Of a stretch of DNA of 64,000 bases, positions 13,351 to 27,214 are shown one piece after another. Within the stretch, counting starts at the first letter, position 1. Each line of letters begins with the position of its first letter. The stretch is from the human T2T-CHM13v2.0 reference genome, Homo sapiens, in assembly GCF_009914755.1 (NCBI RefSeq), contig NC_060936.1; one strand, given 5' to 3'. The position numbers and the translations under genes were made by a program. The notes beneath the pieces were generated by a model that was not told the DNA's origin, ran no database searches, and was given only the letters and a program-made list of their open reading frames with translations.

Positions 13351-13581
13351 TTTTTTTTTTTTTTTTTTTTTTTTTTTTCTTGAGACAGTGTCTTGCTCTG
13401 ATGCCCAGGCTGGAGTGCAGTGGCATGATCTCAGCTTCCCGTAACCACCGCCTCCTGGGTTCAATCAATTCTTGTGCCTCAGCTTCCTGAGTAGGTGGGA
13501 CCACAGGCATGCACCACCATACCTGACTACTTTTCATGTCTTTAGTAGAGATGGGGTCTTGCCATGTTGGCCAGGCTGGTC
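13351..13581 (-). mobile_element. 5'-truncated Alu
   Basis: PolyT, right arm and part of the left arm. TSD catccaggc(t/a)ttt on both sides. Confidence 0.9.
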
Positions 13582-15971
13582 ATCCAGGCATTTTGATACA
13601 TACTAGGAATAGGTCCCAAACCTCAACTCTTGCTTTCTGCCCACTCATAAGCCCAACACCATGTGAAAGGCACCAAAGCTTGGGGCTTGCACCCTCTGAA
13701 GTCATGGCCCAAGCTGTACCTTGACTCCCCTTAGCCATGGCTGGAGCTGGAGTCAGTGGGAAATAAGGTGTCATCTCCCAAGGTTGCACAGGGCAGCAGG
13801 GCCCTGGGCCTGACCCACAAAACCATTTAACCCTCCTAGGCCTCCAGGCTGGTGATAGGAGGGGCCTCCATTAAGGTCTCTAAAATGTCCTAGAGATATT
13901 TTCCCCACTGTCTTGGCTATTAACATTTGGATCCTCTTTACTTATGCAAATTTCTACAGCAGGCTTGATTTTATTCTCAGAAAATGAGTTTTTCTTTTCT
14001 ACCACGTGGCTGGGTTGCATATTTTCCAAACATTTAAATGTAAGTTCCAGTTTCAGATAATCTCTTTGTTCACACATATGAGTAAACACTTTTAGAAACA
14101 GCCAGGTCACATCTTGAATGCTTTGCTGCTTAGAAATTTCTTCCACTAGATACCCTAAATCATCTCTCTCAAGTTGAAAGTTCCACAGATCTCTAGAGCA
14201 GGGACAAAATGCCACCAGTCTCTTAGCTAAAGCATGGCAAGAGTGACCTTTACTCCAGTTCCCCATAAGTTCCTCATCTCCATCTGAGACAATCCTGAAC
14301 TTCATTGTCCATATCACTAGCAGCATTTTGGTCAAAACCATTCAACAGTCTCTAGGAAGTTTCAATCTTTCCCACATCTTCTGTCTCCTTCTGAGCACTC
14401 CTAACTGTTTCAACCTCTGCTCGTTACTCAGTTCCAAAGTTGTTTCCACATTTTCACATATCCTTATAGCAGTGTCCCACTCCCAGTACCAATATTCTCT
14501 ATTAGTCTGCCTCAGAAAACTTACAGTCATGGTGGAAGGGGGAAGCAAGTCATGTCTTCTCATTACAACAGGAGAGAGAAAGTGTAAAAAGGGAAGGACT
14601 ACACACTTCTAAACCATCAGATCTGGTGAGAACTCACTATCATGAGAAAAGCAAGTGGGAAATCCACCCCCATGATCCAATCACCTCCCACCAGGCCCCT
14701 TCTCCAATATAACATGGGATTTGGGCAGGGACAGAAATCCAAACTATATCAATCAATAAAAAGAAATGAGCTATCAGCCTACAAAAAGAAAAAAATGAAA
14801 CTTAAACTCATATAGCTAAATAAAAGAAGGCAGTCCAAAAAAGCTTCAGATTGTATAATTTTAACTGCGTGATCTTGTAGAAAAAGCAAAACAATGGGCA
14901 ACAAAATCAGTAGTTTCTTGGGGCTCAGTGTGGAGAAGGCTGGAATGAGTAGGCCTAGCACAAGGAATTTTTAGGGCAGTGAAACTATTCTATATGATAT
15001 TGTAATATTGGATCATGACATTATGCATTTGCCAAACCTATAGAACTTTACAACATAAAAAGTGAACTCTAATGTAAAATATGCATTTAATAATGTATCA
15101 ATATTCCTTCATCAGTTTTAACAAATGTGCTATACTAATACAAGATATTAATGATAGGAGAAACTGTGTACCTGTTGGGCAGGGAGATCTCCATACAGTT
15201 TTCTGGTAAAACTAAAATTGCTATAAAATATAAAGACAAAAAAATCACGAAACATTTTTCAAAGAAGAAGTCACTAATGGTTATGAAACATATAAAAAGA
15301 TTGCAGCTCTGTTATTATCAATTGTGTTATAATTGTAGTTCTGTTATTATCAATGAATAAGAACATGAACATCATCTTGATAATAAAAGAATTATAATTA
15401 AAAATCACCCAGATTGTCAACAATCAAAAATGTTGCTTGAAGACTGTGTTGGCAAAGTATATAACTTTGAGCCAACAGCAATACTTCTAGGAATTTATCC
15501 TAAAGATATCTATACTCCCAAAATACTGAAAACAAAGTAAGAACCAATCAAGAAGATATCAATTAAATTAATAATGTGCATGCAGGCAAATGAATATTCT
15601 GAGTTCTTAAAAAAAGGAAAAATCTTTTTACTTACTAATATGGAAGGCTATTCACAATATATTGGTATATTCACATATATATTATGTGAAAAAAGGAAGC
15701 ATTACATGAAAAATGTGTGCGGAATATGCTATTATTTATGTAAGGTGGGGAATATTTCTTAGTTCAGGTTAGATCTCTGGTGAAAACTCCCTGGATCTAA
15801 TTTACTAAAAGAACTTTCTTCTACCTGATGTGTAAATTCACTGTCTAACATCCCCAACAAGTAATGATCCAGATTTTTCTGGAATTACAGTAAAGCAGCA
15901 TTCACCAGCCCACAGACATTCTCTTAAATTTAAAATAATTATAGAAAATCTTTCCCTAAATGGGAGATTTC

Positions 15972-16102
15972 TTTCCTCCCTCCCTCCCCTTCCTTCTTTC
16001 CTTCCTTCCCTTCCTTTCTTCCTCCCCCCTTCCCTTCCCCTTCCTTCCCCTCCCTTCCCCTTCCCCTTCCCCTTCCTCTTCTCCTCCCTTCCCTTCCCTT
16101 CC
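15972..16102. repeat. Pure polypyrimidine/polypurine (CCCTT/CCCCTT-like) tract
   Basis: About 130 nt containing only C and T on the + strand. Confidence 0.95.
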
Positions 16103-16484
<382 letters not shown>

Positions 16485-17601
16485 TAATTGAAATCATAAT
16501 TCATTTTAAGGACAACTGGCAAGATGCTCCCCAGAATCTCCCCGAAGCAATAATCACCAAGTCCAAGCATTAGCATAACATTTTGAAATGGTGATACTTT
16601 AGTTATGTTAGTTTCAGTATGAAAAGGCCACTAAAACATTGTTTTAAAAACTGTACTACTTCTTTTTCCTTCAGTAAAGGTTTAGGTAAAAGTAAAAGGA
16701 AATGAAAAGTGGAATTTTAAAGTATAATAAAAAAATTTAAAAAAGGGCAGTTCATTTGCCAGTTAATACACTGAAAGTTAAATAATTACCTTATGATTTT
16801 TAATAGATTTTATTTTTTAGAATAGTTTCAGAATCACAGTAAAATTGAGGAGAAAGCACAGAGATTTCCCATATCTTGCCTGCTCCCGCATACATGCATA
16901 GCCTTCCCCATTATCAACATCTCCCATCAGGATGGTACATTTGTTACAATTGACAAACCAGATTGACACATGTTTATCACTCAGGATCCACAGTTTACAT
17001 CAGGTTTCACATTTAGTGTTGAACTTTCTGTGGGTTTGGATGAATGTAAAATGATACATAACCACCACTCCACTATCATAAAAAGTAGTCTTGCTGCCCT
17101 AAAAATCTTCTGTGCTCTGCCTGTTCATTCATCCTTTCCCAGTAATCCCTGGATCCCTAGAAACCAATAGTCTCTTTACTACTTCCACAATTTTGTCTGC
17201 TTCAGATCATATAGTTGGAATTATACATTTTGTAGCCTTTTCAGAGTAGCTTCTTTAACTCAGTAATATGCATTTAAGTTTCCTGTACTTGTTTGTATTG
17301 CTTGATGGGTTATTTCTTTTTAGCACTGAACAATAATTGATTGTCTCAATACACCATAGTTTATACATTTGCCTACTGAAGGACATCTTGATTGCTTGCA
17401 GGTTTGGGCAATTATAAATAAAAGTTAATAATAAAAGTTATCCATGTGCCAGTTTTTGTATAGATACAGGTCTCAACTTCTTTGTGTCAACACCAAAGTG
17501 CAATTACTTGATCATATGATAAAAATATGTATAGTTTTATAAGAAATTGTCAGACTGGCTTCAAAAGTGGCTGTATCATTTTGCATTTTGACCAACAATG
17601 A

Positions 17602-18065
<464 letters not shown>

Positions 18066-18299
18066 ATGAAGCATCTTCTTATATGTTTATTTGCCACCTC
18101 TATATTTTTTGTGGGGAGATATATGTTAAAGTCTTTGGCCTACTTTTTAACTATTTTTTCTATTGTTGAATTTTGACAGTTCCTAATATTTTTGAAAACA
18201 GTTATTGAATATGCCTTTTGAAAATATTTTCTCTCAGTCTGTGGCCTCTGACTCTCATCTTATCCTTTTGACAGTGTCTCTTACTTTCTCAGAGCAGAA

Positions 18300-18550
18300 T
18301 TTTTTTGTTTTGTTTTGTTTTGGAAATGGATCTCGCTCTGTTGCCCAAACAGGAGTGCAGTGGCACCTTCTTAGCTCACTGTAGCCTTGCACTCCTAGGC
18401 TCAGGGAATCCGCTCACCTTAGCCTCCTATTGATGTGATCATGTGATTATTTTTCTTAGTTAGTCCATTAATATGATGAATTATATAAATGATTTGTGAA
18501 TGTTGAACCTGTCTTCCAAACCTGGAATATATGCCTGGATAACTGTTTTA
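18300..18550 (-). mobile_element. Old partial Alu (AluJ-like right arm) containing ~100 nt of L1 sequence
   Basis: (TTTTG)n tail, Alu arm up to agcctcc, L1 segment 18427-18530, then atgcctggataact resembling the Alu continuation. Confidence 0.75.
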
Positions 18551-20839
18551 TTCAGAGGTTTTAAATTGTAATGAAGTCCTCTTTGTCAATAAGTTCTTTC
18601 ATGGATTGTGCTTTTGCTGTTGCATCTGAAAAGTCATAACCAAATCCTAGGTTGCTTACTCCTGTGTTACATCCTAGGAGTTTTATAGTTTTGCATTTTA
18701 CGTTTTGGTTTGTGATTCATTTTGAGTTAATTTTTGTGAAGCCTAAATTCATTATTTTGCATGTGGATATCTAATTGTTCCAGCATCATTTGTTGCAAAT
18801 ACTATATTTTCTCCATTGTAGTACCTTTATGTTTTTCTACAGATCCATTGACTGTATTTAAGTGGGTCTATTTCTGGGCTATTTATTCTTTCCACTTACC
18901 TATTCGTATATTATTTTACCAAAGTCACACTGTCTTGGTTGCTGTAGCTTCATAGTAAGTCTTGAGGTCAGGTAGTATCAGTCCTATTATTGTGTTCTTA
19001 CACTTAAGTATTGTCTTGGCTATTTAGCATCTTTTGCCTCTTCACATAAACTTTAGAATTAGCTTGTCAATATCCACAAAATAACTTATAGAGATTTTGA
19101 TTGGGCTTGCATTGAATCTGTGTATCAAGTTGGGACAAACTGACATCTTGACAATATTGAGTCTTACGATACTGTACATGAACATGGAATATCACTTCAT
19201 TTTTTAGTGCTTCTTTGATTTCTTTCATCAGAGTTGTATAGTTTTCTGCCTATGCCTTTTGTATATATTTTGCTAAATTTATACCCAATGTTTCATTTTT
19301 GGGGGTGTTAACGTAAATAGTAATGTATTTTTAATTTCAAATTCCACTTGTTCATTGCTGATTTATAGGAAAACTTTTCACTTTGGCATATTAATCTTAT
19401 ATCCTGCAAACTTGTTATAACTGCTTATTAGTTCCAGTAGTGTTTTTGTCTATTATTTGAGATTTTCTACATATACATATGCAAACAAAGGTAGTTTTAT
19501 TCCTTCCTTTCAATCTGTATATATACCATTCCCTTTTGACTTTTTTTTTTAATCACATGGACTTTCTGTGTACCATGTTGAAAATTAATGGTGAAAAGGG
19601 ACATTCTTGGCTTGTTCCAACCTTATAAGGAAAGCTCTGAGTTCTTCACCATCAAGTAAAAAATGTGTAGAATTTTTGGTGTATATGTTTTTAATCAGGT
19701 TGATAAAATTCTCCTCTATTCCTAGTTTAATGAAAGTTTTTGTTCACAAATGGATGTTTGATTTTGTCAAATGCATTTTCTGCATCTATTGATGTGATCA
19801 TGTGATTTTTTTCTTCTTTAGCATGTTAATATAATAAATTATATAATTGATTTTTGAATGTTGGACCAGTCTTGTAAACTTGAAATACATTCCACTTGGT
19901 TGTGGTGCCTAAATTGTTAATGCAATGTCAAATTCAATTAGCTATTTTTGAGAACTTCTGCAACTGTATTTGTGAGATGTATCGCTCTGTAGTTTTCTTT
20001 TCTTGTGATGTTTGTCTGCTTTGGGTATTAGGATAATGCTGACCTCATAGGAGACAGGAAGTATTCCTGCTGCTTCTATTCCTCTGTAGGAAATTGTAAT
20101 GAATTGGTATAAATTCTTACTTAAGTGTTTTATAGAATTCGCCCATGAACCCATCTTGGTTTGGTGTTTTCTGCTTTAGAAGGTTATTATCAATTCATTT
20201 CTTTAACAGATATAGATCTATTCAGATAGTCTGTTTCTTCTTGTGTGAATTCAGGTAGATTGTATCTTTCAAGGAATTGGTCCATTTCTTTCAGGTTATT
20301 AAAATTGGGGGCATGATGTTGTTTATGGCATTCCCTTTTGATCCTTTTAAGGTCAATGGGGTCTACAGTGATGTTCCATCTTTGATTTCTGATATTAGTA
20401 AATCGTGTCCTCCTTTTTATCTAAATTAGCCTGGCAAGGGACTCCAATTTTATTGATTTTTTTCTGAGAAACAGCTTTTGTTTTTGTTGATTTTCTCCCC
20501 TCATGTCCCATTTTAAATTTCACTGTGCCCTACTTTTACTATTATCTTCGGATTACTTTGGATTTAATTTGCTCTTCTTTTTCTAGTTTGCTAAGGTAAA
20601 AGATTAAATGATTGATTTAAGATATTCTTCATTTATCTCTAATTCTGCTTTCGCTGCATCCATAACATTTGATGTTATAATTTTATTTTCACTTATTTCA
20701 AAATATTTTTAAATTTCTCATGAAATTTCATCTTGACCCATATGTTTCTTAGAAGTGTATTGCTTAATCTTCACAGATTTTGAGACTTTCCAATGATCTT
20801 TCTGTTGTTGACTTCTAGTTTAATTCCCTTGTGGTTTAA

Positions 20840-21550
<711 letters not shown>

Positions 21551-21788
21551 TTAAATTTCTTAAGATATCTTTTATAGACCAGAATGTGGTCTATCTTGGT
21601 GAATATTCTATATGAGCTTGGGAAGACTTTGTAGTCTGTTGCTGTTTGATGTAGTAGGTTACATCTGTTATACTGTTGGTTGATAGTGTTGTTGAGTTCA
21701 ACTATGTCTGATTGAATTTTGCCTGGTGAATCCGTGCATTTCTGATAGAGGCATGTTGAAGTCTCCAACATAATTGTGGGTTCATTTA

Positions 21789-21983
21789 CATTAAGTATCC
21801 ACTTAACATTGTCCATAGGTTCTTAGAAACTGATTTTAAGCAAAACAATACACTATGTACCATAGTAACTATTTTTATACCAATTATCTATGGTGAAATT
21901 GGTTTCATTATACAATACATAAATTCACTTTTAAAATTATAATTTCCAAGAACCTGTAGACAATGTTAAGTGAAGACTTACTG
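21789..21983. mobile_element. Palindromic Tc1/mariner-Tigger MITE (MER6B/C-like)
   Basis: ~50-nt terminal inverted repeats (cattaagtatccacttaacattgtccataggttcttagaaa vs tttccaagaacctgtagacaatgttaagtgaagacttactg). TA on the left flank, CA on the right. Confidence 0.8.
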
Positions 21984-22337
21984 CATTTCTCTTTGCAGCT
22001 CTATCATTTTCTCCTCACATATTTAGACACTCCATTTTTACATGCTTACATGTTAAGTATTGTTCTGTTTTGTAAAAGGATAATAGGATAACTGATTTCT
22101 TTGTTATTATGTAAAGACTTTTTTATCCTTCATAAATTTCCTTGCTTTGAAGTCTGCTCTGTTTGAAATTAAAAAATTAAAATAGGTACTCCCATTTTCT
22201 TTTGATTAATGTTATCAGTGTATATCTTCCTCAGTCTAATTACTTTTAATCTGTATGTCTTCATATTTAAAGTGAGTTTCTTGTAGACTACATATAGTTT
22301 GGTTCTTGGTTTTAATCCTCTAACAATCTTATTGTTA

Positions 22338-22637
22338 TCTTTTGAGATGGGGTCTCACTCTGCTACCCAGGCTGTAGAGCAGTGGCTTGAACATGGCTCA
22401 CTGTAGCCTCAACCTCCTGGGCTCAAGAGATCCTTCTGCCTCAGCCTCCCATGTAGCTGGGAACACAGGCATGAACTAACATGCCTAGCTAATTTTTTGA
22501 TTTTTTGTTTGTTTGTTTGTTTTAGAGATGGGCAACTCTGTTGCCCAGTCTGGTCTCAAACTCCTGTACTCACTTGATTCTCCCATCTTGGCCCCCCAGA
22601 GTGCTGGGATTACAGGCATGAGCCACCATGCCTGGCT
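22338..22637 (-). mobile_element. AluJ-like
   Basis: Diverged dimer with gctcactgtagcctcaacctcctgggctcaag. Confidence 0.9.
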
Positions 22638-24577
22638 TATTTTGGTCTTTTAATTGGTGTATTTATATCATTGACATTCAAAGTGATTACTGATATAATT
22701 GAAAGAATACTGACGATATTTGTTACTATTTTCTATTTGCTCTCCTTGTTCTTTGATCCTATTTTTGTATTCCACTCTCTGTCTTCCCGTTTTGTTTTAA
22801 TTGAGCATTTTATATAATTTCATTTTCTCTCATTTGTTAGTTTATTAGTTGTACTTTTTAAATAAAAATTTCAGTGATTTTCCTAGAATTTGCAATATAC
22901 ATTTAGAACTAATCCAAGTTTATATTTTAGTAACACTTTATTAGTTCACAGATTATGAGTACCCTTATAATACCAAAATAACCCTAATTCTTCTTTCCTA
23001 CACATTGTGTCATTGCTGTCATTTACTCCACTTACTGTAAGCATACATACACATATGAATAAGCATGTATATTATATATAATTAAATACATTGTTTCTAT
23101 TATTATTTTAAAGAAACTGATTTCTATTAAATCAATTTAGAATAATTTTTTTATTTAACCTTAACTGATTTCTTCTCTGATATTCTTCCATCTTTATGTA
23201 TATCCGAGTTTATGACCTATATCATTTTCCTTCTAACAAACTTCTTTTAAGATTTCTTGCAAGGAGAGTCTACTGGCAAAACAGTCCCTCAATTTTTGTT
23301 TGTATGACAGTGTCTTTATTTCGACTTAGCTTTTGAAAGATAATTTCATATGGTACAGAATTTTTAAGTTGGTGTTTTATTTTTCTTAACAGTTAAATAT
23401 TTCACTTCGCTCTCTTCTTGCTTGCATGGTTTCTGAAGAGAAGGCTGATGTAATCTTTTCTACTCTATAAATAAGGTTTGCTTTTCCTTTTGGTTTCTTT
23501 CAGGATGTTTTCTTCATCTTTGATTTTCTATAGCTTGAAAATAACAAACCTATGCATAGTTTTTCTGGCCTTTATCCTTCTTGGTGTTTTTTGAGCTTCC
23601 TGGATCTGTGGTTTGGTGTCTGACATTAATTCAATAAAAATTTTCTGTACTTATTATTTGAAATCTTTATTTTGTTCCTTTCATTTTCCCCTTCAAGTAT
23701 TTTCATTATAAACACTTGTGTAGTCCTTCCAATGTTCTTGGTTATTCTGTTTTTTCTTTCTTTTGTCTTATTTTTCTTTGCTTTTTTTATTGATATAAAC
23801 TTAGAGATTGTTTCCTCAGCAATGCTCTATCTAATAATAAATCCATGAAGGCATTTATCATTTCTGTTACAGTTTTCTTATCTGTATTCTTTCATTTTGG
23901 TTCTTAGAATTTTTATCTCTTTACTTAAATTGCTAACCTTTCTTACATTCTGTCTACATTATCCATTAGACCACTTAACAAATTAATAATAGTTGTTTTA
24001 AATTTCCATCCCTGATATTCCCTGACATATCTGGGTCTGGTTTTAAGTCTTATTCTTTTCAGACTGTGTTTATTGTCTTTTAGTATGTGACTTGCAAATT
24101 TTTCTTGACAGCCAGACAAAATGTATTGGGTAAAAGGAATTGCTGTATATAAGCCTTTATTAATGTGGTGTAAGGCGATGAAGACAAAGTAGCATCCTGT
24201 AGTTCTATGATAAGGCCTCAATCTTTTAGTGAGCCTGTACCTCTGGACTGTGAACTTCAAACTTGCTTCTCAGTTTCTGTCTCCCACTCCTTAGGTAGAA
24301 TGAGATGGCTTGAGGGGGCTGGAGTTATGTATTTTCCTCCCTCCCAAAGGAAGGCTAGAGACAGCTGGGGTTTAGTTTCTGTAGCTTCATATGTTTTTTT
24401 AATAATAGAAAAATATCTTATGCCCCCAATGAAAATAATAAATAGAATTGTTCTCTTAATATTTGTATGTGTAACTTGTTTTTCTTTCTTTTAAGATATG
24501 CATACTGGGGAGAAAAAAATGTAAGATATTTTACACATTTAAAATAATAATCGACTCTCTATTTTCTCTTTTCACAG

Positions 24578-24821
24578 AAGGGTCTACTTGGGCTTATCTA
24601 TAGCTTTAAGATTCCCAGCACTTGTTTTATATATTGTTTTCATTTTTGCTATGAAGAAAAAATTTCAAGGAAAAGATACCAAGGCATCGGACAATGAAAG
24701 AAAAGTAATGGATGAAGCAAACTTAGAATTCTTAAATAATGGTGAACATTTTGTACCTTCTGCTGGAACAGATAGTAAAACATGTAATTTGGACATGCAA
24801 GACAATGCTGCTGCCAACTAA
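24578..24821 (+). CDS. SLCO1B3: SLCO1B3 last coding exon (TM12 and cytoplasmic C-terminus, TAA stop)
   Basis: Polypyrimidine tract plus cacAG. Translates (G)RVYLGLSIALRFPALVLYIVFIFAMKKKFQGKDTKASDNERKVMDEANLEFLNNGEHFVPSAGTDSKTCNLDMQDNAAAN*, the OATP1B3 C-terminus as I recall it. The 244 coding nt fit a 2109-nt, 702-aa CDS. Confidence 0.97.
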
Positions 24822-25470
24822 CATTGCATTGATTCATTAAGATGTTATTTTTGAGGTGTTCCTGGTCTTTCACTGACAATTCCAACATTCTTTACTTACA
24901 GTGGACCAATGGATAAGTCTATGCATCTATAATAAACTATAAAAAATGGGAGTACCCATGGTTAGGATATAGCTATGCCTTTATGGTTAAGATTAGAATA
25001 TATGATCCATAAAAATTTAAAGTGAGAGGCATGGTTAGTGTGTGATACAATAAAAAGTAATTGTTTGGTAGTTGTAACTGCTAATAAAACCAGTGACTAG
25101 AATATAAGGGAGGTAAAAAGGACAAGATAGATTAATAGCCTAAATAAAGAGAAAAGCCTGATGCCTTTAAAAAAAATGAAACACTTTGGATGTATTACTT
25201 AGGCCAAAATCTGGCCTGGATTTATGCTATAATATATATTTTCATGTTAAGTTGTATATTTTTCAGAAATTATAAATATTATTAATTTAAAATTTGAATT
25301 TGTGTTTGACTAACAACCTCGATGGATCTTCTTCCAACCTCCCATTAAGATCCTGCAGAAGAAATAGAAATATTCAAATATTGCAAGGTGTAATTGTGAG
25401 ACAACTTATTATAATACGTGTTAAGTTTCTACTGGACCCATGGAAGTGGATTAAGAAAAACCGACTTTAG
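24822..25470 (+). other. SLCO1B3: SLCO1B3 3' UTR (3' end approximate)
   Basis: AT-rich non-repeat sequence after the stop codon with several AATAAA hexamers. The cleavage site cannot be fixed from sequence. Confidence 0.65.
24931..25148 (+). terminator. Cluster of candidate polyadenylation signals
   Basis: AATAAA at 24931, 25049, 25083 and 25143. Confidence 0.6.
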
Positions 25471-25670
25471 CTTGAGAAAGCAAAACCCATTGATAAGATG
25501 TGTCTTCATTGCATCTGTCTGTTCTCTGGGAGAAGCAAAATCTGTGTTACTTCCTTGCATACTTGTTTGTTTATTCATTGTGCACAAGAAGATATCTTCC
25601 ACATCTTCACAAGCTGGATAAGAAATAGAGAAAATGAGATCAAATATTTAAATATTGCATTTTCTGGTAG

Positions 25671-26666
25671 TGATGCAGGATATTTCTTGGCCTCTTCACT
25701 GGACTCACAATAGAGGTGCCCTGTTTATTTGGTCTGCCATGCTCAACCCCTTGTGGGAGGGAGAGTGTGAGTGACGAAGTGCAGGACCATGTGGGCTGTC
25801 CTGGTCATCGACACAGAAACAAGCTCTGTGAGTTTCTCATGGCCAGACCAGGTGCGAGTGAGTGAATGCTGGACCTGGGCAACCGCTCCAGGCACTGAAA
25901 CGAGTGAGTTACATGCAGGGCTGGCAGCCAGGCAAGGTGCAAGGGTGCTCAGGATCCTGAAGCCCCAGAGGGGTTGTTATGGTGCTCCTTTAGTTCCACC
26001 GTCTACAGTCTAACAGATGGCAGCATGTTAGCAGCTCAGTTGGCCCCTTGTCTCTTTACCTTGGGTGGCTGCCCTCTGCCAGTGAGGGCAAAGGCCAGTG
26101 TGACAGATTTTTCTGGGTACCTGCATTCGGTGGGTTCCAGGCCCTTGTCTGGTGTCCAAGAAGAATGAGGTCACATTGACAGTTGAAGGGTGGTGAAGGT
26201 GGAGAGTTTTAATGAGTAATGAAAACGACTCTCAGTGGAGAGGGGAGCTGGAGAGGGGATGGGAAGGGCCGGTTGTCTTCCCCGAAGTCCTGCTGTCTCT
26301 TCCTCGAATTCAGGCTGTCTCCCCAGTCTACCAGCTGAGTCTGGAGTCTTTATAGGCACAGGATGGGGAGTGTGTGCTGACTGGTTTCTGAGTATGCAAA
26401 AAAGGTTAAAGTGAAGGCACCACTCAAAGGTGGGCATGACAGTATAGAAAACCAATTAAGAAAGAGTAGTTATATCTAAAATAGTTGGAGGGTGGGACCA
26501 GTCAGAGGAAAGCCTGCCAAATAAGAAGACAACTTCTCAATCTGGTCTAAGGCTTTAACTTCTAGCCTGGCTTTTGGACTTTAAACTGTCATCAGCTTGG
26601 AGGTGGGGTTTCACCGGGAACCTGCCCCTATTTGCCTAGGCATTTGGCTGTCTCCTGTCACTATCA
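25671..26666 (-). mobile_element. Solo ERV1 LTR (LTR27/LTR28-like)
   Basis: TGAT...ATCA termini, ~1 kb. Minus-strand start tgatagtgacaggagacagccaaatgcctaggc. Near-TSD gtag/ggag. Minus-strand TATA (cctataaag) and ATTAAA. Confidence 0.8.
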
Positions 26667-26959
26667 GGAGCAACATCTCTACTTAGTGAATGCTAGAGGT
26701 TGTAGTTTATAATTCTCAATTGGTTAAAAGATGTTTTGTATCAGAATCAACTGTAAAAATATATTTTAAAAGAAATATAATTATATACCTACTGTAGAGA
26801 TTCCAAATTCAAACATGTGTGATATCGCTTGGATATCTTTAAAACATTCCACATGATGCTAGGATTCCTTGATAGACCACCATGGTATAGGAAAAGGTAT
26901 ACCTGAGTGTAGTAAAGTCACAAGAAATTATTACTAGAATATGGGAACTGGCCTGGAAG

Positions 26960-27010
26960 ATATATAGATATATACGTGTGTATGTATGTGTGTGTGTGTA
27001 TGTGTGTGTA

Positions 27011-27051
<41 letters not shown>
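26960..27051. repeat. Compound (TG)n/(TA)n microsatellite
   Basis: Direct inspection: interrupted TG run followed by ~16 TA units. Confidence 0.95.
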
Positions 27052-27053
<2 letters not shown>

Positions 27054-27214
27054 TTATACCTGTTCTCAGACTGTAATCCTAAGGAAAAAAAATTAATCAC
27101 ACAAACAGAAATTTGAGGAAACCCACATACATGCTAGGTTTGTAGGTATCATATAACAAATCTAATGTGATCACATGCACACACACATATACACACACAC
27201 ATATAATCATATAT

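Noticed and set aside
24588-24821. 77-aa ORF starting at TTG
   Set aside because: It is the spliced last exon of SLCO1B3 and has no independent start.
24578-24821. Assignment to SLCO1B1 or SLCO1B7
   Set aside because: The C-terminus ...TCNLDMQDNAAAN and the implied 702-aa length match OATP1B3 as I recall it; OATP1B1 is shorter and ends differently.
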